Below, piece after piece: positions 40,134-51,432 of a DNA stretch of 64,000 nt (position 1 is its first letter; every line of letters begins with the position of its first letter). The notes under the pieces are model-generated. The model saw nothing but the letters and a program-made list of their open reading frames with translations, did no database searches and was not told where the DNA came from. The stretch spans positions 25,916,831-25,980,830 of the forward strand of contig NC_068982.1 of assembly GCF_001194135.2 (NCBI RefSeq), in the 5' to 3' direction. Source of the DNA: Octopus bimaculoides (lineage: Eukaryota). The position numbers and the translations under genes were made by a program.

Positions 40134-40620
40134 GTTATCGTCATCATCATCATCGTTTAACGTCCACTTTCCATGCTGCATCAGGCTCCAATCCAATCTG
40201 GCAATGTTTCTACAGCTGGATGCCTTTCTTAACACCAACCACTCCAAGAGTGTAGAGGGTGCTTTTACGTACCACAGAAGCCAGTCAGGCAACACTGGCA
40301 ATGACCACGCTTGTATGGTGCTTTTTACGTGCCACCAGAATGGGAACCAGTCAGGTGGCACTGACAACGATCATGCTTGAATAGTGCTTTTTATGTGCCA
40401 CCGGCACGGGACCAGTCAGGCAGCACTGGCATCGGCCACACTCAAATGGTGCTTTTTGCGTGTCACTGGCACAGGTGCCAATCAGGCGGTACTGTCTTCA
40501 GCCGCGACAATGACTTGCCTCGACAGGTCTTTGCAATCACAGTTTATTGCCCAACGTTTAAGGGGTACTCTTAAATGAGCTACTTATGCTGCACTGGCAC
40601 AGGCCATGGTCTCACTCCTG
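40134..40620 (-). mobile_element. non-autonomous element with RTE-like 3' tail and four internal ~60-65 bp tandem units
   Basis: Starts with tcatcatcatcatcgtttaacgtcc. Units begin (g/a)gtgctttt(t)..gt..cac at ~40259-40507. Confidence 0.7.
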
Positions 40621-40879
40621 ATTAATATAAAACTTTTCTAAATCTTATGTTACTCTAGTCATTGAAAAAATTAGGAGAGTATATCATATAGGACTTATGG
40701 AATTCAGGGAAATATGTTCTGTGTATCACATGTGATATACAGGATAGACAAAGGGTTAAGCCTGTTGAGGGCTACGCTTTACTGATGAGGTCTAAGACTG
40801 ATGAGTTTTTGACTGAAATATATATTCAGAAGTGTCTTCTGTACTTACCAGAAAAAGTGAAAATAATAGTTATTGACTA

Positions 40880-41110
40880 GTAGTCATCATCATCATTTAA
40901 TATTCGTTGCCCATGCTGGCATGGGTTGGATGGTTTGAACAGGGCTGGCAAGCTGGAAGGCTGCACCAGATTCCAATCTGATCTAGCATGGTTCCTATGG
41001 TTGGAGGCCCTTCCTAATGCTAACCACTCAGAGTGTAATGGGTGCTTTTACATGCTACTAGCACAGGTGCCATTTGCATGACATCAGTATCTGCCATGAC
41101 AGTGATTTTA
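40880..41110 (-). mobile_element. shorter copy of the same RTE-tailed repeat
   Basis: catcatcatcatttaa...ccatgctggcatgggttggatgg...ccttcctaatgctaaccactc is shared with the 40134 and 55138 copies. Confidence 0.65.
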
Positions 41111-41891
41111 CTTGGCTTGGGTATTCTCAAACACAACATAATGCCAAAGGTCTTGATCATTCATCATTGCCTCCATGAGGGCCACCATTTGAAACATTAT
41201 TTCAGGGTTACTTTTTTCATTTTTTGTTTTGACCCATGTAGCAAGTGTAACAAGTATTGGCAAAAGGAAGGGTATCAAACTATAGAAAATCTACCTCAAC
41301 AAATTCCATCTGAACTGTGCAAGCATGGTAAAGTTGACATAAAAACAATAATGATGATGATGCTAAGTTCGAATCTGATTGACATTAATCTGATAATATA
41401 CTCCTCATAGCTTATGCAGGCTTGGCTGGAAACACCTGATAAATAATATGATGGCAAACTTTCATGACTAAGAAGATGCTGATCAAGTAGTGAATATATA
41501 TGTTAATGATTCAGCTGTTGCACACCCACTATTACAGGCAGTTCATAATGAGGGCCAGGATTCAAACTTAAAAGGACACCAAGTACTAAAATGCCTTCTC
41601 CAGACTCCCAAGAGATGCTGAACACAGAACTGCAAGCCAATGAACAACTTCTGAGTATTACACACCTAACATGGATTAGGGTAACAAACTGTACTTCTAC
41701 ACCACCAATTTCCAGTTTGGTGGATTGGGCAACCTGAGAGTCATTTTCCTTGCCCATGGACTTGCAATGCTGCAGATAGAATAATTTACTAATGGCTTCA
41801 GAGTAAATTCCATCAGAAGAAAAGGAGAAAGGGAAGAGAAAAAGTGATTATATAACAAAATGGAAGGAGGTTTTTAAAGCAATATACATAC

Positions 41892-42081
41892 CAGTTTTGC
41901 GGACATCCTCTACAGCAAGCAACATGTCTTCTCGAATCTCAGGATTTTCTTCTGCGATCTCTTCACCACGTTCAATAAAGTTTTCTGTAGCTTTCTGCAC
42001 AGCAGCACTGAGAACGTGGGCTTTTTTGGAATGTCCTTTCTTCTTTTTGACTGGACCTTTCTGACTGACCAGTGTTGTGAC
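41892..42081 (-). CDS. CTNNA: alpha-catenin coding exon 2 (VTTLVSQKGP...VEDVRKT-G; 190 nt)
   Basis: Absent from the ORF track and translated by hand. Acceptor tgtag, donor G|GTATGT, phase 0 to 1. Confidence 0.95.
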
Positions 42082-42675
42082 CTACACCAAAATTAAATAT
42101 ATTGTAAGTTTGAAATTATGAGCTCATCAGTTAGAAGTCATCCAAAGAATGTATTTTAAAAGTTTAAACAAAATGTATATATTTCAAGGATCAAATTTAT
42201 GTTCACTAATTTACAATGTAATTAAAATTTCCTACCAAACAGCAGTGTGACAAAGATTAAAACAAAAAAAGCACGAGTTCTCTTAAGTGTTGAGATCTGT
42301 TGGTTTTTGAGAGCATCAAGACAAGTCATAAAACTGTTGGCCAATGGTTTGAAAGTTTAACAAATCAATAATGTAAAGACACTTAATTTTTTATGACCCA
42401 TTCATGCTAGTTTTAAAGTATTTTGGGAAGTACAATTTCTTGTAGTACCGTATGAATTGATATGTCTTATTTAAAAAAATTTTTTTTTTTAAATTTCAAA
42501 TGATATACTACACTAGAGCAAAGATAGCTGTCCACTTTATAAACCAACTGTAGTACACCAAATTTTAAACAGTATTTTGGGGAAAAAACAAAAACAGTAC
42601 AAACTATTCCACTTACAGAATTACTTAGCATCACTTCAAAACAATGAGAAAAAGAGGTAACTTAATTTTTATATG

Positions 42676-43050
42676 CTCTTACTTTGTTTCAGTCATTTGA
42701 CTGCAGCCATGCTGGAGCACTGCCTTCAAGAATTTTTAATCAAATGAACTGATTCCTGCATTTACTTTTTTTAAGCCTGGTACTTTTTCTATCGGTGTCT
42801 TTTGCCAAACTGCTAAATTACAGGATCATAAACATACCGACACCAGATATCTAGTAGTCATGGGGGACAAACACAGACACACACGCTTACAATGGGCTTC
42901 TTTCAATTTCTGTCAACCAAATCTTCTCACAAGGCTCTGACTGCCCCAAAGCTATAGTAGAAGACATTTGTCCAAGGTTCCACAGAGTGGGACTGAATCC
43001 AGAACCATGTGATTGAGAAGCTAACTTCTTACCACACAGCTACACCTGCA
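42676..43050 (-). mobile_element. near full-length SINE (tRNA-like head family)
   Basis: Revcomp head gcaggtgtagctgtgtggtaagaag...ggttctggattcagtcccact...gacaaatgtcttctactatagc. Tail cagcatggctgcagtcaaatgactgaaacaaag is recurrent across the window. Confidence 0.8.
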
Positions 43051-43094
43051 CTTATTTTGAGAACATAATCCACTAATACTAAATGAATTATGTC

Positions 43095-43137
<43 letters not shown>

Positions 43138-43724
43138 TGGGCGTTTTACATTTAGACCTTCTCTGGTTTACTTTTTTTGCGGGTGTTTTACATTTAAAGC
43201 TTCTCTGGTTTATTCTTCCATCATACTGCCAACACTGAAAGTATGTAAATTTTCTTTCTTCTATCAGACATATGAAACATTTGCATCCTTACTACTATCT
43301 TCATGGGAAACAAACATAAAATATGTAGATATCTCTAATAATTCTAGCCTCAATGGAAATTTCTTTTCAAGAAAATTCCAGTAATTAGCTCACCAGTTGT
43401 ATGTAAAATACATTAAAATATTTATCTCTTCACTTGATATACCACCCTTCCTTGGCATTTACAATCAATCTTTCATTAGATTGATTCCCCACTCCTCTGT
43501 TTTTTATATAGTTAATACAATGGTTACTCCTCTGAATTATAGTTCCCTTACACGAGGTATATTCAATGCACTTTATCCCACCATCCCTATAGTATTTTAC
43601 TGTCTGACACCCACAAGACCCTTTATTAAGCATTTCACTTAATACTTGCTTCCTAGAACTCTAACCATGCTTATTTATCATAAAGCATCTGCAAGAATTC
43701 AAAGTGGATTGGAGTTCCAGATCA

Positions 43725-43890
43725 TTACCACATACCCACAGGACGAATGAAGTGGCCCACTATAGTACAAGTATGTGAGTGGATAAAAAAATCATGGAAA
43801 AATGTAAGAATTGCAATGATTGTCAAGTTTTTTAAGAAGTGTAGAATTAACAATACCCCTGACAGCACTAAAGATGATACTTTACAGGGT
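43725..43890 (+). mobile_element. pogo/Tigger-like (DDE_1) transposase C-terminal remnant
   Basis: PTGRMKWPTIVQVCEWIKKSW...IVKFFKKCRINNTPDSTKDD resembles the pogo-family C-terminal W...FKKCGIS..DG.EDD pattern. Confidence 0.65.
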
Positions 43891-44214
43891 GTTCAGGTTA
43901 AATTTGACAGTATTTTTATGTCTCCTTTTCCATGAACAGCTAGAGGCATTAGTGAACAGTCAGCAGCATTGGAGAGTACAAAGATTAAAATTGTATTTGA
44001 GAAAAAGTTAGCTGACATGAAGGACTGGAAGCCATCTGAATATTGGAAAAAGAGTTACCTATAACAATGATTCACAATGGGTATCAAAATTCCAACATCA
44101 TGACTAATTCTCAATGCTCTGTGAATACTGTAAAGACTGGAAGATGTAACATGGACAGCCACAACAGAGACTATGGCCCCATGGCCAGCAGGAAGGGACA
44201 TGGCAGACATTCTG

Positions 44215-44610
44215 GCTACATCCACATGCCAGAATTCATCACATCTTTGAAAAGAGTCTTCGGCTCAATTCAGACAGCTACATGAAGCTGCTAGAGACTA
44301 TGGTCAGAAGGTTGCTGTTGGAAGGCCATGTGTGTGGCAGCAGGATTCAGTTCCTTGCTATACCTCCAAAAAGAGTCAAAAGTGGTTGCTGAAGAATTTT
44401 TTCTACAACTTCACCAGCCCCAATTTATGGCCTGCAAATTCACCTGTTGGTAATCTCATTACTATGTGTGGGTAGCAGTTGAGAAAGACACCAACTTTTC
44501 TGCCTGCAACATGAAGGTACAGTTCAAAGATCTACCCAGAGACACAGTGAAGAATGCATGAGCCAGGTTCCAGAGCTGTCTTGAAGCCATGAGGGAAGCT
44601 ATTATTTCCC
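44215..44610 (+). mobile_element. mariner-superfamily (DD37D/maT-like) transposase remnant
   Basis: Hand translation GRPCVWQQDSVPCYTSKKSQKWL...FTSPNLWPANSP, then after a frameshift HYYVWVAVEKDTN. Confidence 0.75.
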
Positions 44611-45366
44611 AACAATAACCTAATTGATATTTGAGGTTTTTTAAAAAAATACTTTCATTTCTGGATGGGATAATGTGTTTTCTTTTCCTTTTATGCAAAA
44701 TGTCAAATTTATAGCAAATGCCCTGTATGTAAAGGCAGTGATACTGCAGTCAGGATCAGTTTTTATTCTTTAATGATGATGAATTCTCTGGTTTTGAAGA
44801 TAACTAGAGATTTTGTATCTTGATTTCATACAGTAATTTTGTTTTATGTTCAACTGTACTGGTAACTTGCTTTTCATATACAATAATGTTTCTTATAGCT
44901 AAGGTGTTTTTGCCTTCTCTTGCAATATAAGCTGTTCATGTAGGATATTTTAACTACTGTGATTGCCTACGTTATATTCAACAGCAGTGATAACATTTTT
45001 TTTTTATGTACACTACTTCGTTCTGTTAAAGCAAAGCTACTACTATTTTCTTTCCTTAACTCTTTAGCATTGGGATTATTCAGTAAAGTGTAATGTTTAC
45101 TTATTCATGTCATTTTGAATTAATCATACATTATCTTGTAACTGAGATTTTCATAAAGTAATTGCTTATTTTTAGAAAGACATTGCAGGGCAGGTGTGAG
45201 AGGCCAGAGCTGGCTGGTTTGAACAGAAAGTAGAATATGGCTGATTTGAATGCTAAAGGGTTAAATTACAGTATTATTATTAAAATGGGTCCCCCCCACT
45301 CCACGAGTCTAGTTGTACTTTTGTTCAATCTTTTCTACAATACATATCTCAAACATTAAATACTTG

Positions 45367-45411
<45 letters not shown>

Positions 45412-45822
45412 CTCCTAGACTGGGAGTGCATTTTACATGTCCATGTGCCTTCTATGTCATCAAAGATGGTAATAAGGGGATTCCACCAGCAGCTCAAAAA
45501 TGAATGAATAAATGAACATATATGAAATATGAAATCATTCCCTGCCAAAGAATACAGAAATAGTTATGAAATGTGAGAATGGTTTATAAAAATTAGATAA
45601 ACAAGTGTTGCAGGTTGATGAGCAGATAATTAACAGAACAAAAATAAATATGGAACAGATTGAGACAAATGAAACTTGACTGAATGACTTGCTGGCTGAG
45701 CAAGAGATCACATCCACAGTCGAGATATTAAAAAAAAAGTTGAGTATGGAGAAGCAAATTTTTTTACTAAGCAACATAAGAGAGAATATAAAAAAAAAAT
45801 GAATATTATTGCTTTATTTCAC

Positions 45823-45936
45823 CTGCGTAACTAAAGGTTCAAGTGTCTTTTCCACTGACTTTGTTCGAATATCTAAATTCCTGGGATTCCATTTCAGGTG
45901 AATTGAACCAGGAATACCAGTTGGACTGGTTGTCAT
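45823..45936 (-). CDS. CTNNA: alpha-catenin coding exon 1 (MTTSPTG...LEPLVTQ; 114 nt). The exon begins at acceptor 45957 with 21 nt of UTR
   Basis: Acceptor ttttcag at 45958, ATG at 45936-45934, donor CAG|GTGAAA. KWxPxxLxIRTxSVExTLEPLVTQ motif. Confidence 0.93.
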
Positions 45937-46083
45937 GGTGATTGGGGGTAAGTGGAACTGAAAAGAGAAAAGAAAATACAAAGATGATATTAGACATCTG
46001 TTGGAGCAAGACAGGTGATATACACACACACTACACAAATCTGAATAAATGTAAAAAATGTATTTATATATGAGATGTATACT

Positions 46084-46800
46084 AAGAGAAAGTGGTGATA
46101 TTTTCAATGTTTTGATGGTGTATGCTAATGAAATGTCAGCAGAAATGTTTTTGCCACCCAGAGGCCTAGTAAGTCATTTAGTACTTTGTCTAAGAAAGTG
46201 ATGTGGGCGTAGATATGGCTGTGTGATGAAGAATTTTACTTTGCAGTAATATGGCTTCAAGTTCAATCTCACTAAGTAGCACTTGTTCAAGTGCCTCTAA
46301 CCATAGTATCACAAGAGAAAGTGGTGATATTTTCAATGTCTTGATGGTGTAGGATAATGAAATGTCAGTAGAAATGTTTTTGCTATACAGTCTATGTTGA
46401 GTTAGAGCAGATTCAAAAGACTTCATACCTACATGGTTTTTCAACCTCTTAAAAATAAAATCTTTCTGAAATTGCACAGAGTTTTTGTTTTTATATTTTT
46501 ATTAATTGGGAAGGGAAGAGAAGCAGTAGCCATATTCTTTTCAGTGCTGCTGAAATTGGAAGAGATTAGGGGAAGGAAGGCATCCTCAAACCACATCAGA
46601 AAGATATGGAAAGAAAAATCTAAATGCTTATGTATAAGCTACCACCTAGAGGCCTAATAAGACATTTTGTACTTTGTCTAACAAAATGATGTGGGTGCAG
46701 ATATGGCCATGTGGTGAAGAATTTTAATTTTGCAGCTATATGGCTTCAGGCTCAATCTCACTAAGTAGCACTTGTCCAAGTGCCTATGACCATAGTATCA
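46084..46800. repeat. local ~230-bp direct duplication with the second copy split by a ~260-bp insertion
   Basis: Copy 1 is 46084-46312. Copy 2 is 46313-46383 plus ~46641-46800. Both start aagagaaagtggtgatattttcaatgt and end ccatagtatca. Confidence 0.85.
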
Positions 46801-47207
46801 AATCAACTAAATCTTAAACATATTATTGAGCCTGTGGCCAAGCTTTAATGAGCAGAAGCTGACAAAGGCATTCCAGCTGTGACCACCCTACATTATAGGG
46901 AATATATAGAAAGCCATTATCTCGTGTATCATTCTGTTTTTATAGCTTTCCTAAATTCAATAGGATGCAATTTGAGAGGGATTTGGGAAGTATTTCTAGC
47001 AAGTCATGCAACTGCATAGAGAGTCTTATGTTGGCTTGTTCAAGTAAATAGTAGCTGCTTAGAGGCTTCCTCAGAGGTTTTTCAACTAGCTAGAAATATC
47101 AACTACATCTCTAAATCTTTCTAAAAAAACAAACACCTCCCTCCACAGAATGCAAAAAAAATTGTACATTGGATAAGTTTAGCCACACCTTGAAAATAAG
47201 TCTAGTT

Positions 47208-47458
47208 CAGTGGTTCTCAACCAGGGTCCATATGGCTGGGGTGGGGCATAAAAGATTGTTAAAATTTGTGCAATAAATTGGTTATATTTATGCACAATAA
47301 AATGGATATTACAATACACAAAATATTGCAATTTTTTTTAACAATTCTTAATATTTAATTATAAAAATACAGTAAGATTTTTTTATATGCAGTGAATGAC
47401 CATAAAGTAAAATAGAAATCAAAGGGGTCCAAAGCAAAAAGTTAATTGAGAACCACTG
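47208..47458. mobile_element. hAT (Charlie-type) MITE, 251 bp
   Basis: Perfect 13-bp TIRs CAGTGGTTCTCAA / TTGAGAACCACTG and a perfect 8-bp target-site duplication GTCTAGTT (47200-47207 and 47459-47466). Confidence 0.92.
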
Positions 47459-47734
47459 GTCTAGTTGATCAAAGCTGACAAATGCTAGAGACTTCACCAT
47501 CCCTATCTGGTCTTCAAGTACCTTTAACAGAGTCCATTCTGTTACGGGTTCTTGGATTATGTCTCTGGTCTGAGGAACTCAATACCTTGATGCACTGCTT
47601 CCAACTGTAATAAACCATCAGCCACTTGCTTCCTCCAAACTTTCCTTGTGCTAATCTCAGAGTACCCACAAAAGTCATGGGCCACTGTCCTCTGAGTAAA
47701 GCAACAACGCAAAAGTACAAACAAGCAACCCCAT

Positions 47735-47842
<108 letters not shown>

Positions 47843-49890
47843 AAAATTCTGACACTGGTTACCCATTTACTGCCACCAACTGCCATAAATTTGCAACAAT
47901 TCAAAAGGAAATATCACATTAACTACAGCCTTATCATTCCTTTTCACCATCATCATACCAACAGGGCCAGGAGGAAGAAAAAAAGAAAGAAAGCAGCAAT
48001 ATGCACAATCAGTTGATCTATTTACTGTTCAGTGATTTTGTGTGTGAATAAAATCACTGATGCATAAAGACAGCTTTGATGATGATAATTATGTGGCTTT
48101 ATTTAAACACATTGTTTCTATTTATACAATTTCTGGAATAGGCTGGCATGCATGCATATGTGTGTACATCTAAGTATGTAAAGTGTGTGTGTGTACACTT
48201 TGTGCATACATGTGATGGAATAGGGATTGTCAAGAGAACTAAATTAGGAAATACTAAATGAGATCTGTGAAGGCTCATCTTTGCTAGCTGCTGTGGCCCA
48301 TATTCTGATTAAAGGGGATACAATGGGAAATGCTATGACATTTCCTCTGTTAAAGCTTTATTATAATAGATAAGTGTCTGTAAATGACTACCACCATCAA
48401 CATCAGAACCTATCATCATCCTTATCACTGGACACTTCATCTCACAGCATCTTTTGTCAAATGTACAATAAGTGCCAACTCCCACTCCACTTACCCACAT
48501 CATCTGTGGCTGACACCTACACTATAACTACCACTAGCCCTAACATCTCCATCCCCTGTCCACCATTACTTTCACCATGACCTCCTCCAACCTCATCACT
48601 ATAACTGACACCATTTCAACATCACCATCATCCCTCATCTCCCCCACATCAGTACAGACACCATTATTATACTCCATTATCACCACCACTAACAAATCAT
48701 TTCACTCATCCACCTCAGCCAATCATCAATACTTTTGATTGCTCATCACAAGTGTTTCCTATCACTGCAACCCATGAACAAATTAGAAGCCAGTGAAGAG
48801 TGTTGTTATGTGGTTACTTGACATGCTCGATATAGCAGTCAAATTACTTTCAAGTAACTTTCCGCCACCTTAGAAAATAACATTAAATAATGCAGGCTTA
48901 GGTTCCATGAACATAGCAAAAGTTGATGAAAATAGGAAGCTTGAGGATTTTCATGTCATATGTAATCAAAGCTTTTGTTGATATCAAAAGAGATCACTGT
49001 TTTCAAAGTTCTCACACAGCACAGGCAGAATCAAAGGAGACTGCACTTGGAGAAGTGATACATTGTAGATTTTTACAATTTCAGATAGCTATCTCTACAG
49101 GGGAAAAATGTTGGAAGAGTTCAGAAAAATAAGTCTCAAAAGCACAGTTTAAGAATAGAAGTTTGAAAATTTTTCACAGACCAGTTGCTTTGTTCACCTA
49201 TTAAGTATATAGAAACTACTACATGTGCGAGAAAGATAGTTCAGAAGCAAAATAGACATTGGCAAAGGAAACTCTCAGAAATAGCAATCTATAGATACAT
49301 CATTGAAAGCTTTCTAAACTCTAGTATTTGTCCCAAGACAACATTTCATAGACATAAAGTGGTAAAAAACACAGAAATCTATTAGAAGACAAAAACTGTC
49401 CAGCAGCAGTGGTGACATTACAATATGTGCATTTCCACCTCTGAGCTTTGTCAAGAGCCAGTATCCACTGGTAACTATACATTAAGACAAAATCAACCAC
49501 TACTGATAAAGAAAAATTTTTAGAAAAAATTTAAAAGTAAAAAAAAAAAAAATTTTTAAATCACTGATTTCAAGTTAGATTATCATTTATGCCAAGTATA
49601 AATTTAAAACTATAAGATACAACTGAAAGTTCCCATTTTATGCTTGGCAGGGTGGTTAAGAAGTTCAATCAAGTTTGCTCCCATTAATCAACAACTGAAA
49701 TAAGACAACCAAAGCTTTGTGATTGAAATTTGTAAGATACTGTGGTTTTTGTTGCAAGCTTTAAAGCCAGGTTTCCAGCTTGAGAATAACTTCCCCCACT
49801 CCTCCTTTCAGTTTTAAAAGCCTTGAAGAGTCATGACCATTGTCCCTCTTACACTGACTAAACTTCCTCCTGCTTTTTTTTTTTTTTTCA

Positions 49891-50210
49891 GGTTTCAGTC
49901 ATTGGATTGCAGCCATGCTAGGGCAATATCTTTGAAAGTTTATTTAATCAAATCAACCCCAGTATTTATTTTTAAACTTGGTACTTTATTTCATTCTGTC
50001 AAACTAAGTTAGATGGACATAATCCAAAACCAGTCATCAGCCAGTGAGAAACAAATATAGAATGAGCTCTTGTACTGATTTTGTCTACCAAATTCACTTG
50101 CAAATCACTGGTCAACCTGTGGCTATCATAGAAGACACTTGTCCAAGGTGCTACTCAGATGGACAGAACCCAAAACCATGTGGTTGCAAAACAAACTTCT
50201 TAACCATAAC
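49891..50210 (-). mobile_element. SINE copy, same family
   Basis: gtttcagtcattggattgcagccatgct...gaagacacttgtccaaggtgc...aaccatgtggttg. Confidence 0.75.
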
Positions 50211-51222
50211 TGCTTAAAAACTTATCAATGCTCATTTTAAAGAGATTATCTAAAACAGAAGTTATGATTTGCAATAGTTATATCCAACATTAGTGTTTCC
50301 AATTCACAGTCATATTGCAATATAATCGTTTTGTTGTGGAAAACAATGGGAGAAGAGAACCAGCAAATTGTGTACAAGAACGGAGATTAGAAATACACGG
50401 AGTTTCCTAATGTATACTAAATTGATAAAGCATCATGAAGCACAGCACAAATAAAAGGATATAGGTAACAAAGTTACATAACAGAAATACAAAAGCTTTG
50501 AATTAATGTTCAAGTCTCTACATTGTTAGTTGACCTGCTAGAAATAGTGACCAAATTTCCTTCCCTAAAATAACACCCTTATCTACTGATAAAGCAGACC
50601 CAGATAGATATCCTGGGTGTAAAATGAAAGATGAGATGATCATAACCAGAATAGATTTTATCATAGGCCTTCTAATTGAGAGCCAGCCTGTGGTTAAACA
50701 AAACAATATAATAAAAAGGTATCATGTTAAAGACAGGGTATCTAAATGTAGATCAGGCATGTCAAACTCATTTGATTCATCAGGCCACACTGAAGCATAA
50801 GCTAGATCTTGTGGGCCAGATAGAGAAAATTACTAAGAAACATTCATAGTCTGCAGTAAAGTAAATTAGTAGGTAAAGGGGTCAATATACATTAAAACTA
50901 CTAACAATAAAGTTAACACCACACTTCTTGGCATCCACCTGTAGGATCCTACAAAAAGTTGTGCTGGTCTCTTCTTTTAAAGGAATTCCATATTTTTGGT
51001 AATGTTTCTAACTAGTGTGGGTGCCTTTGATCAAGGGCCTAATCAATCTGTGTTGAAGTGAAAGGCGAAGAAATAACACCAACAACTTGCTACACTAATA
51101 AAGGTTTAATATTGATATCATGACTAATAAACAAAACAGAAACAAAAATAACAACAGCAACAAGAAAAAGAGAGAAATTAACAGGTATGTAGAGAAAAAA
51201 GAAACTCATTTAGCTAACTCAC

Positions 51223-51432
51223 CTGCTTTATCATAATCAGCAAGAATATTTATTTAGAGAATTACATAACTTACTCACAAGACATTTTTAGCCAACAAAA
51301 GACCTAAAAAGAATCATCTATCATCAGATGCCAGTTACCTGAGGAATTACTTTTGTTTAGGTTACAGAGATCAAATTACTAAAACACAAACGCTGCTGCC
51401 ACAAGCACTGAAGGAATAATACTAATAGGAAC
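51223..51432 (-). other. candidate non-coding 5' UTR exon of alpha-catenin (alternative donors at 51339 and 51223)
   Basis: Poly-T acceptor (T-run then gtag) ending at 51433, and donors CAG|GTAACT and CAG|GTGAGT. Based on splice signals only. Confidence 0.3.

Larger units (their letters stand above)
795..45936 (-). other. CTNNA: alpha-catenin gene, coding span within window (12 coding exons, 3' end runs off the left edge)
   Basis: Manually spliced exons give one open frame with compatible phases: MTTSPTGIPGSIHLKWNPRNLDIRTKSVEKTLEPLVTQ/VTTLV...RPSLEERLESI...LRKAVVDHVSDSF...DRTAGAIRGRAARV...LLRDQ. These are hallmark alpha-catenin motifs. The paralog (A1/A2/A3) cannot be assigned for an invertebrate-type gene. 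Confidence 0.97.

Noticed and set aside
40259-40507. Repeat-spacer-like array of ~62-bp units (also 59175-59426) resembling CRISPR
   Set aside because: Whole units are homologous (no unique spacers), they sit inside an RTE-tailed eukaryotic repeat, and there are no cas genes. This is a minisatellite.
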